IMG/VR virus record: IMGVR_UViG_3300030333_003061
Location: 22,118 to 86,117 of that record
Reading direction: 5' to 3' (one strand)
DNA length: 64,000 nucleotides
From: a virus
A model generated the notes under the pieces. That model had not been told where the DNA came from. It was given only the letters and a program-made list of their open reading frames with translations, and searched no databases. Below are positions 19,646 through 28,171 of this stretch, one piece after another; position 1 is the first letter of the stretch; every line of letters starts with the position of its first letter. The position numbers and the translations under genes are program-made.

Positions 19646-20233
19646 ATGGCTGATTACAGTATGGAAGATAGTAAATGGAACGACAGAAAAGCGACTGTCG
19701 GGGCTTGGTTTGAAGCAAACCCCGATTTAGCCAAAGAGGAAGATAGAGAAGCCCTTGCAAACGGGTTTTTCCGAATTGGCGACAATTACCCAGAAAACAG
19801 AATGAAGTATTGGACTTCGATAACAAGTCTATTCGCTGGACTGAGTAATTCACCATTAGGGCCGGGCCGAGCATCAAACCTCACAGTAGCCCAAAAGTCT
19901 CAATTAGACCTATACATCTCTGAGTATGAAGAAGATGCAGTGGCGCAATATGAGTCAAACCCTAAATTGCGAGCAACCGCAAGACAACACGGAAAGTCTG
20001 GTGGTATGTTTTACCATCTAATGGAGAATGGAGCGCAAGAATACGCAAAGAGCGAAGCGAAGGCTGAGAGAGCATTCCTCATCAAGGCATTCAATTCCGC
20101 CCATAAGGGTGATAACGAGGCTATGTATCTATGGCCTACTATACCGTCAGAAGACGGTGAATCACAGATTCTGGACTTTAATGCTGATGGGTCGCCAAAT
20201 GTGACCTATGTAGCAATACAGGAGGAGGAGTGA
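19646..20233 (+). CDS. hypothetical protein, HGKS-motif paralog 2
   Basis: AGTGAT RBS before MADYSMEDSKW; RQHGKSGG motif shared with the 18647 ORF. Confidence 0.75.
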   Translation: MADYSMEDSKWNDRKATVGAWFEANPDLAKEEDREALANGFFRIGDNYPENRMKYWTSITSLFAGLSNSPLGPGRASNLTVAQKSQLDLYISEYEEDAVAQYESNPKLRATARQHGKSGGMFYHLMENGAQEYAKSEAKAERAFLIKAFNSAHKGDNEAMYLWPTIPSEDGESQILDFNADGSPNVTYVAIQEEE

Positions 20234-20258
20234 TTTAGTGGTTTGTTGCCCCACCACC

Positions 20259-20276
20259 ACCCTTCGGGGTCTTTTT
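20259..20276 (+). terminator. cUUCGg hairpin plus T-tract
   Basis: ACCC-TTCG-GGGT-CTTTTT; the same hairpin occurs at 21445. Confidence 0.6.
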
Positions 20277-21221
20277 ACAAAGTATGACCATATGGAACGG
20301 TTACCAAAGGATTTAGGGGTTTAATGCAATTAAATACTCCGTTGCGACTGATAAGGTAGCAATCTTTGGTTATAGTTCCTTAAGGTATGATAAAAATACT
20401 TTTTATTCTACCATATGGTCATGCGTTAGCATTATGACCAGACGGGGTGAATTTACGGAAAAGTATTGGATTCATATTATTATTGTAGTTATTACTTTTC
20501 AAGTAATCTTTTATTTTATTATTATGTGAATCATATTTTCCTATTACCATATGGTAGAGGGTGTCCTGTGGTATTTTTAGGTTTTTAATGTAATTAAATA
20601 ATCCGTCTAAAGACGATAGTATTGCAAAATACCTGTGGACACTTCGACCAGATGAGGATGTTAAAAAGAATTTTACACTACCATATGGATGATAGTCCCC
20701 GCAGCAACTTAAGGTGTCACTAAGTATCGGAGATACTTACTTATCTCGTATCATGTTCGCTTACTTTATTCAAAACTATATAATATTCATTATTATTATT
20801 TAACTAAAGCAACCTCTCATTCTTCTACTTCGTAGTAACTCGAACCATATGGTAATATGACAGATTGGCGCGAAAGTAATCATCAAAGACAATTGATTAC
20901 TGAGCATGGGCCAATCTAAATTAACCCCAGGTTGTGCTTCTAAACTTCTAATAACCACTCTCTGCTCCGTTGGAGAGTGTCTTCTATTCCTATCGTCATA
21001 TTTGTATTAGACGCTTAGAACCATATGGTCTGATAATAGGTTGAATCTCTATCAACTCTTTACAGTATCCCAAATGAGGATATTCTTCGTAGAAGCGAAA
21101 GACCCGACACTATCGTTCTTCGTAGAGTTAACACTCTTCTTTCACTTCTACTTCAGAATACACCATATGGTTCTATACTATGTGGAAGAACCTCATTAGC
21201 GTCTATATCATATCTATTAAT

Positions 21222-21462
21222 GTCGGAGGCATCCGGCACGATGTGGCTGAATAACACCCTTTCTAACGGTGTAAGGCATGATTATTGGGGTTTAGCGACC
21301 CACCGAGTCGGCTCGACTAAAGAGAAGGCAGGACAACGACCTTAGCGGGTTAATAATCAGTAGGGGCGAGTTAAGCGATATATTAACCAGTATAAAGTTA
21401 GAACTCATGCAACTTATAGGTGAGAGAAATCAAACCCTATCATCACCCTTCGGGGTTTTTTA
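21222..21462 (+). ncRNA. putative structured ncRNA (~240 nt)
   Basis: Preceded by the cassette promoter, followed by ACCCTTCGGGGTTTTTT, no ORF in the track, and internal stems (GTCGGA/TCCGGC, TGATTATT/AATAATCA, GTTAA/TTAAC). Confidence 0.55.
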
Positions 21463-22976
21463 ACAAAGTAGAACCATATGGTGGCAGTGCTGCATTTTAA
21501 TAGAATATTTAATGTAATTAAATTATGCGTGGCAAAATGATAATTATGCTTCAAATGACAGCATGCCGACCTGAAGGAATAGGGATGTTAAAAAGAATTT
21601 TATACTACCATATGGAACAGTGGAGAAACAGGAAGATATGCTTCTGCTTTATGAAGGTTAGTAATTAATGTAATTAATACAATATCTAGCATGTATAATG
21701 AGAATGAAATGACTCTGGGCTTCGTATGATAATAGAAGAACAGATTCATGAATGAACTTATATTGCGGTCATAAAGCGGAGCAGAGGCTTCGCTGTTTAT
21801 CCCTTGTTCCCTACCGCTTTTTACTCCCAAACTGAGGTTACATATAATCTACGAGATATTATCTCTGTTCGTTGCTCATTGCTACCATTCGACACTGCCA
21901 TTCATACTACTTATCATTGCACTCATTCTGTGTCTCATTATACCATTCGCTTAACGAACCCGTTATTAGAACCATATGGATGATAGTCCTTATGGGGGTT
22001 ATCCCCCTATCTCCAGCGAGATAGCCGAATTAAATGCAAAAGACTAAAGCCTCAAAGGAATGAAACTCAAGGGTTTCACCTGCCACAATAATCGTGGCAA
22101 GTTTCATTTCTTTTACATTTACCACTTCCATATGGTTCTGTGGTTTATTCATAGATAAAAAAGATGAGCAATAAACAACAATGTTTTGGTGCAGCAGCAC
22201 CAATAATGCTGCATAAAACTTGTTGTGCGAATCAAAACAATTAAAGAATAAATAGGTTGGATAGGGGTGAACCAGAAAACTTGCGGTATCAAGGGGCTTT
22301 TCGCTTATTAAAGGTATTCATTTCGCTGCGTATCCTTGCGATAAATACCATTAATTGCTGAATTATAAATAAATTATTAATAGTCGCCTCCTTGCTACCA
22401 TATGGCAAGGAGATGATAAAAAAAGGCTCTATAGGGTTACTCAACACTTAAGTAATCAATCAATCTTCATCTTCATCGTATAGCATTTTTTTATTACCTC
22501 CTGAAAGTCCCTATAGGGTTGCTCTTCCTACTGAAGCAACCATATGGTCATACAGTATATACTCTGACCAAAACCCAATGGGGTATATTACTTGTGATAT
22601 TGTCTTGTCTTGATGACATATTGACATTATTGCTATTTAGTTACATTATCACATAACCATATGGAAAGAAACATTCTACTGAGGACAAAGAATAATAGGG
22701 TGATAAGTAGAAACGATGGAGTTATAATAATAACATGGGTGTAGTGAGATGTTGTCTCTTCCCCTTTGGGGTTTAATATACTAATTACATTATGTATCTT
22801 ACCATATGGGTGATAATCCCCAGCAGCGGGTCTTTATCGAAACTTACCAATTAAAGTGCACACGCCGTTGTTTAACAACCCCACCTAACCAAGTGCAACT
22901 TCCTTGGTAAGTTTCTGACCATATGGTGTTACTTTGCTAAACACCCTATATTAGTGTCGTTTACTTATCTATTAAT

Positions 22977-23082
22977 GGTTGGTGGGTGAGAAAGGTGTTG
23001 ACTCCTCAATTCCATTCCATAAACGGCTGAATGGTCGTAGGAAATGGCTCTTTGGGTTGTAGTCCTGTTCTCACCCATCACC
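22977..23082 (+). ncRNA. putative small ncRNA (~105 nt) closed by a terminal stem
   Basis: Cassette promoter upstream; ends pair GGTGGGTGAGAA / TTCTCACCCATC. Confidence 0.5.
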
Positions 23083-23242
23083 GCTTGAATCTTGAGGCTC
23101 TTTACAAAGTTGAACCATATGGTAGAATACTTTGTCAATGATGCCTCAAGCGAGGACTTATTTCATTATGGGTGCTTTATTAAAGAACCCACATACAGGG
23201 CATTTACCGTAGAATTGCAATTCATAAGAGCATACCGTGCAT

Positions 23243-23509
23243 TTACTCACTATCTTTTTCATCTTCTATAACCTCCACTATCATATTTAACAATTCTTCA
23301 TAATCAAATGTTTCACTACAATTACTACAATAATATGACCCGAGTTCTGAATCTAAATAATCCGAATAACCATATTCTAACTGAAAGGAATCTTCTACTT
23401 TAATAGGGAAAACCTCAGTTATTTGAAATACTGTTTCTTCTAATTGTATATCACACGGTTCATTAGGGTCGCTCTTATCTGCTATCTTACATTGAAACTT
23501 ATATTTCAT
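23243..23509 (-). CDS. small acidic Cys-containing protein
   Basis: FQC...PC...YYCSNC; last gene of the 3-gene cassette. Confidence 0.6.
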   Translation of the reverse strand: MKYKFQCKIADKSDPNEPCDIQLEETVFQITEVFPIKVEDSFQLEYGYSDYLDSELGSYYCSNCSETFDYEELLNMIVEVIEDEKDSE

Positions 23510-23703
23510 TCCTCTTCACCTTCTATTACATCCATAATATCCCAATGCTTAAATTGATTATTATTAATATATGTCCAATCGGTTCTTTTGTCTATATTCT
23601 CTATACGATACAATAGAACCCCAACATCTGTCATTACTTCTTCTGTGACTATTACAATTCTATCATTATGCTTATTCTTTAATTTCATTCCTTCTTTAAA
23701 CAT
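23506..23703 (-). CDS. small hypothetical protein (SH3/KOW-like beta pattern)
   Basis: MFKEGMKLKNK...IVIVTE...LYRIE. Confidence 0.55.
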   Translation of the reverse strand: MFKEGMKLKNKHNDRIVIVTEEVMTDVGVLLYRIENIDKRTDWTYINNNQFKHWDIMDVIEGEEE

Positions 23704-23901
23704 TTACTCACCCGACTTCTCAATGTATTCATTCAATGCTACTGATAACTCAGTCATTACTGTGGATAGGTCATCACCAGATACTCTCAATTTATTTATT
23801 GCTAATACCAATGCGCTACCCGACTTCATATGTTTTAATTCAATAACATATTTAGGGTCATTTATTTGCTGAATAATAGTATTCGTTTCCTCAGTGCTCA
23901 T
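23704..23901 (-). CDS. small hypothetical protein
   Basis: Apparently leaderless first gene after the cassette promoter at 23905-23960. Confidence 0.55.
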   Translation of the reverse strand: MSTEETNTIIQQINDPKYVIELKHMKSGSALVLAINKLRVSGDDLSTVMTELSVALNEYIEKSGE

Positions 23902-24151
23902 GTTATAAGGAGAAAAGAAGACCCTTATGAGGTATTAGTAACAAAGTCTACTACCATATGCTTTGTGCGAATTTTTTTCTTTTTCTTTTAATGTGCGTTT
24001 TTTCTTCTCTTGGCTTAATATTTTAATCAGCAGAACTCAAGAATTATATGTTAGGCGTGTGTGGTATAGAATACAGACGGGGCTATACCTCAATTGTTGA
24101 TAATTAACGATAGAGAAAAAAACGCGCCCTGAATGTAAGGAGATACAGATA

Positions 24152-24307
24152 ATGGCTAAATGTGAAGTTAATCAGTGTTATGCAACTAATTGCAGGTATA
24201 ATAGTAATCATCAGTGTATTCGTGACACAGTCATAATTAAAGAGAATGGTGCGTGTGCTTATTTTATTACACCTGAAGATTGGAAGAGTAAAGTATTAAG
24301 AGAATAA
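24152..24307 (+). CDS. DUF1540-like Cys-rich protein (51 aa)
   Basis: Manual translation C-YATN-C-RYN-SNHQ-C...GACAYF; AGGAG RBS. Confidence 0.55.
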   Translation: MAKCEVNQCYATNCRYNSNHQCIRDTVIIKENGACAYFITPEDWKSKVLRE

Positions 24308-24405
24308 TATCTTATTCTGGGAATGCATTGAATAAAAGAAATAAAAAAACGCAAGTGGCAAATAAATTACGGGCCAAATTTTCGGTTTTAATGGTTGAAT
24401 ATATT

Positions 24406-24654
24406 ATGACATGGTATTCAGTAGTTAGGAAATCGTCTATAGGAGATAAGTTCCTTAAAAATAGAGTTCGTATATACTATGAAAGGTTAAGATTGGCTAA
24501 ATGGATTAGAGATATGGACATTAATAGGCAAAATAAAAGTATTACAGTATATGTATATCCTGATACCGTTGGATTATTAATTGGAATAAGAGGAGAAACA
24601 GTAAATAAGTTATCAGAATCCATGGGTTGGACAATTAATATTAGAGGAAGATAA
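24406..24654 (+). CDS. KH-domain protein with MxW tag
   Basis: Starts MTWYSVVRK; VYPDTVGLLIGIRGETVNKL is a KH GxxG loop. Confidence 0.65.
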   Translation: MTWYSVVRKSSIGDKFLKNRVRIYYERLRLAKWIRDMDINRQNKSITVYVYPDTVGLLIGIRGETVNKLSESMGWTINIRGR

Positions 24655-24655
24655 T

Positions 24656-25852
24656 ATGTCGATGTATAAGGCTATGATGGAACTCCAGAAAAAGGAGAGA
24701 AAAACGCCCAATCCTTATGTTAGAAATCAAAAGAAATACAAACCCCATCATTCGCCGCCAAAAAATATAGATTTAATTTCTGACGAAAGAACAGATGATG
24801 ACAAAATGGAAATAATACTTGATGAACTTTGGGAATTAGTTCAAACAGGTTATATAAAAGATGATTACGGTGAAATATGGGATGCTGAACAAAAGCCAGG
24901 GCAAATATCGTTTAATGAATGGGTGGAAAATAATTATATAACAGATGAAGATATATTCGAAATATATCAAGATGTTATTGAAGATGTTTTTAGAGAAAAA
25001 GGGGTAGATGAAGCAGTAAAATGGTGGGATAGCGCGAAAATAAGAATGTTTGTTCCTCCATCTACTGCTAGAGGTAGAGAGATTGGAGACTCTTTAGAAG
25101 GATTTAGTCCTACTAGAGAAGTTAAGGTAAAAGATGAAAGAAGTGATGATGGAGCATATATACATGCAAATGAAACAGGAGACCTTAGACCACAAGGAGA
25201 GCAATTAGTGCCTATTGGAGCAAGTGATTACAATAAAAATAAAAAACAGGATTTAGTAACATTTGTTAATTCTACATTAGGAAAAGCAAAAGAAAAGTTT
25301 ACTAATAATATTATTGGGCCAAATAAAGAAGTTAATGTAATAATTTATACTCATTGTGATGATAAATTACCTGATGGGGTAGCAGTAAAAGTATTAGAAT
25401 TAATAAAGCGTGGTCATCAATTTGGTAAAATTAAAATGGATAAATATGGAGATTATGTCCAGGGCCATAAAAGAAAACAATATGAAATTGAAAGAGAAGA
25501 AGAATATCCAGAAAGGCCAAATATAACGGAAAGAGATAGATTAACAGGAAGGGCAAGATGGAAAAACGAACCAACAAGTGAAGACAGAAAAAAAGAAGGT
25601 TGGCAAAAAGTATTAGAAACAACAAATCCATCTTTACAAGACACTAAAGATATTACAGTAACTAGCAGAATAATTAGGACACAGAAAGGTAGTGATAGAC
25701 AATATAAAAATTATGTTATGATAGTTCAAGGAGATTATCCATTGTTTATGGCAGGAATAAGAGTTAATTGGGATATGGATGCAGATGAACGAACATTAAC
25801 TGAAACAGAACCTTTCATTAATGAAGAAGTATTAAATTGGAGGAAATGGTAA
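24656..25852 (+). CDS. hypothetical protein (398 aa)
   Basis: Long ORF in the operon. Confidence 0.7.
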   Translation: MSMYKAMMELQKKERKTPNPYVRNQKKYKPHHSPPKNIDLISDERTDDDKMEIILDELWELVQTGYIKDDYGEIWDAEQKPGQISFNEWVENNYITDEDIFEIYQDVIEDVFREKGVDEAVKWWDSAKIRMFVPPSTARGREIGDSLEGFSPTREVKVKDERSDDGAYIHANETGDLRPQGEQLVPIGASDYNKNKKQDLVTFVNSTLGKAKEKFTNNIIGPNKEVNVIIYTHCDDKLPDGVAVKVLELIKRGHQFGKIKMDKYGDYVQGHKRKQYEIEREEEYPERPNITERDRLTGRARWKNEPTSEDRKKEGWQKVLETTNPSLQDTKDITVTSRIIRTQKGSDRQYKNYVMIVQGDYPLFMAGIRVNWDMDADERTLTETEPFINEEVLNWRKW

Positions 25853-26245
25853 ATGGATTGGAAAGAACTAATAAAGAATGTAGATTTTGGTGGTAGTCAA
25901 GGTAGAGCCGATAGAAAGAAAAACATACCTGAAAAACCTACAAATCCCTTTTCTAAGAAAAAGGTAAGACCTAGCGGAAATAGAGTAGATAATACTGTTC
26001 CTAAAGGTAAAATTCCTCATAATAAATGTGATTCTTGGCCCGATTGTAGAAATAATGCTACTAAGTATTGTTATGTTTGTTGCATGAAAGCCTGTGATGA
26101 ATGTTATCCTTTATTTGGTGGTGGTCATCCTAGTAGACCATTTGATGGAGACCCAGATTATTATGAGCATTGTAATATTGATTCAGTAACAGGTGAATCA
26201 AAAGAAGTAGAAGAAGATAAATATTCATCAGGAAAGGATTGGTGA
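25853..26245 (+). CDS. MxW-tagged Zn-finger protein
   Basis: MDWKELIK; CDSWPDC...CYVCCMKACDEC. Confidence 0.65.
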   Translation: MDWKELIKNVDFGGSQGRADRKKNIPEKPTNPFSKKKVRPSGNRVDNTVPKGKIPHNKCDSWPDCRNNATKYCYVCCMKACDECYPLFGGGHPSRPFDGDPDYYEHCNIDSVTGESKEVEEDKYSSGKDW

Positions 26246-26249
26246 TTAT

Positions 26250-26783
26250 ATGAAATGGTTTGAATTAATAAAAAGACAAAGACCTAGAAAGCGTAGATAT
26301 AAGCCTGTGGCTAATATATTTGAAGGAGAAAAAATTCGTGATGAAGAAAGAATTGACCAACAAAAGAAAGAAGGCAGAAAGGGAAGTCCTTTCAAAAGAA
26401 CAGGTCTTGAAGGAAGAGATATTCAAGATAGAAAAGAAAAGTTTGAATTACAAAGGCAAAGAACGCATCATAATCCAAGAAATGTTTCTGCCGAATTAGG
26501 TGGAAGAAGTCGAGGAGGATTTTATGGAAAAGAAGAAGGAACTTCTAGAACACAAACTCCTAAAGGTAGATGCGCAATGTGCTCAAAAGCAATAAGTAAA
26601 AATAGTTCTTGGAAGAGAGAAGATAGGTTATTAACTACAGGAGAAATAGGAAGAATGAGATATTGTTATAGATGCATGAAAGAATTAGGTGGCCCTAAAG
26701 GATTTGTTAAAGACAAGAGCCTTTCTGGTAGGTCTACTGATGAGTTAAGTGCAATGCAAAGAGCAAGGCAGGGTAAAGAATGA
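26250..26783 (+). CDS. MxW-tagged basic protein with CxxC pairs
   Basis: MKWFELIK; CAMC...CYRC. Confidence 0.65.
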   Translation: MKWFELIKRQRPRKRRYKPVANIFEGEKIRDEERIDQQKKEGRKGSPFKRTGLEGRDIQDRKEKFELQRQRTHHNPRNVSAELGGRSRGGFYGKEEGTSRTQTPKGRCAMCSKAISKNSSWKREDRLLTTGEIGRMRYCYRCMKELGGPKGFVKDKSLSGRSTDELSAMQRARQGKE

Positions 26784-27112
26784 ATTGGTGGGAAATATTA
26801 AAATTGGCAAAAAAAGGCCAAGAATTAAAGTCTTTTAAGAAAGCCCTAAAAAAGAAATGGCAGGGGAATATTGTTTTTGAAGAAGTTAAAGGTAAAGGGC
26901 AAAAAAAGAGCCATCATCATAAATTACGAGTTACTGACACAATGACAGGAAATGACATTTATCCATTAGTTATTTCTAAATCTCCAAGGTCGACAGGTAG
27001 ACATTCATTAAAATTTAGAGATATTAGAAGAATGTTTCTACAAGAACACAAAGTAGATTTGAATGAACTATATCCTGACAAAAAGAAGAAAAAGAAAGGT
27101 AAGGATGATTAA
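26780..27112 (+). CDS. MxW-tagged basic protein, possibly HicA-like
   Basis: MNWWEILK; SHHHKLRV...VISKSPRS...DIRR pattern. Confidence 0.5.
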   Translation: MNWWEILKLAKKGQELKSFKKALKKKWQGNIVFEEVKGKGQKKSHHHKLRVTDTMTGNDIYPLVISKSPRSTGRHSLKFRDIRRMFLQEHKVDLNELYPDKKKKKKGKDD

Positions 27113-27442
27113 ATGAAGTGGTTTGATTTTATCAAAAAGAGATTCGATTCTAGAGATTTAGATGTAACAGATTTTAATTTACCTGAACCTCCGCATTCTA
27201 CAGGAACTCCAGATGTTAGATGGGAAGATAGAATAGCAGAAAATATTGAAAGAAAGAAAAACTTACAACCTATTGTTATAGAAGAAGGTGGTGAAGAATG
27301 CCCACCAGGAGAATTATGGTGTGAACAACATCAAGAATGTGAAAGTGAGAAATATTGGTTAACTCATAATAGGCATCTAACAGCAGAAGAAGTTGAAAAT
27401 CAAAAGCAATTTGAATCTAGTGGTAAACTGAGTGATAAATGA
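27113..27442 (+). CDS. MxW-tagged hypothetical protein
   Basis: MKWFDFIK; CPPGELWCEQHQEC. Confidence 0.6.
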   Translation: MKWFDFIKKRFDSRDLDVTDFNLPEPPHSTGTPDVRWEDRIAENIERKKNLQPIVIEEGGEECPPGELWCEQHQECESEKYWLTHNRHLTAEEVENQKQFESSGKLSDK

Positions 27443-28167
27443 TGAATTGGATGAAATTACTTAAAAGACGGGGAGATGTAGAAATACATCAAACTAGTGG
27501 TGGTAAAGAAGCAGGTTCATTTACCCCAGGTTTTCATCCAGACCCAAGGGAAAAAAGAACAATTAAATTATATTTAAAAGAAATAAAGGAAATATACACT
27601 TTCTTATATGGAAGAGCACCAACAGATAAAGAATTGGAACAACACTTTTTGGAAACATTATACCACGAATCAGGACATGCAGCCCATGAAGATGTAGAAA
27701 AACCTACAGCAGCAGACCCAAAGGGATGGAATATGATGGAAGGTAATACCAAAAATGTATTTGATAAAGAATGGGTTGCCTTTTCTACTCAATTTCCAGA
27801 TAAACCATATTATGTAATGATTGGATTAATGAATCATGGATTTATTAATGAGTATGCTAAACAAGTATTTGGTAAGATAGCACGATGGTTAAATAAAATG
27901 ATTCCTGATAACTATAATAGGCGAGACCAGTCAGAAAGAGGAGCATGGGGTGATGACTTACTTTACGAAATGAGAAACAAATTACTAACTTTACATTACA
28001 AGTATGGTAAGGTAGAATCTTCAGCAGGAAGATTTGTAGACTTAAATGCAGCAAATGTTCCAAAGACAAAGAAAGAAGCACTAGAAATGTATGGGGAAGA
28101 ACATAAAGATTTCATTAAAACTTTAAGATTGCCTGGAAGTTTAGATAGAAAGAATCCTTGGAGTTAA
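27439..28167 (+). CDS. MxW-tagged zincin-like (HExxH) protein
   Basis: MNWMKLLK; TLYHESGHAAHE with downstream E in KEWVAF. Confidence 0.65.
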   Translation: MMNWMKLLKRRGDVEIHQTSGGKEAGSFTPGFHPDPREKRTIKLYLKEIKEIYTFLYGRAPTDKELEQHFLETLYHESGHAAHEDVEKPTAADPKGWNMMEGNTKNVFDKEWVAFSTQFPDKPYYVMIGLMNHGFINEYAKQVFGKIARWLNKMIPDNYNRRDQSERGAWGDDLLYEMRNKLLTLHYKYGKVESSAGRFVDLNAANVPKTKKEALEMYGEEHKDFIKTLRLPGSLDRKNPWS

Positions 28168-28171
28168 TATT

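Larger units (their letters stand above)
18491..23961. repeat. array of palindromic CCATATGG repeats separating structured units and gene cassettes
   Basis: Exact copies start at 18491, 19241, 19413, 19546, 20288, 20411, 20547, 20681, 20845, 21021, 21163, 21474, 21608, 21972, 22128, 22398, 22540, 22657, 22802, 22919 and 23115; degenerate CCATATGC at 23954. Confidence 0.9.

Noticed and set aside
18491-20295. Insertion sequences/MITEs suggested by terminal inverted repeats
   Set aside because: No transposase motifs, no target-site duplications, and adjacent cassettes can share one palindrome.
18372-21830. Track ORFs 18372-18572, 18509-18760, 19423-19632, 19644-19877 and 21600-21830
   Set aside because: They run across repeats and hairpins or lie antisense to better genes, lack an RBS and have atypical composition.
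18491-23961. CRISPR array or TIGR-type guide array
   Set aside because: The repeat is only 8-10 bp, spacers are 110-360 bp, irregular and self-folding, and no cas or Nop-domain gene is recognisable in the window.
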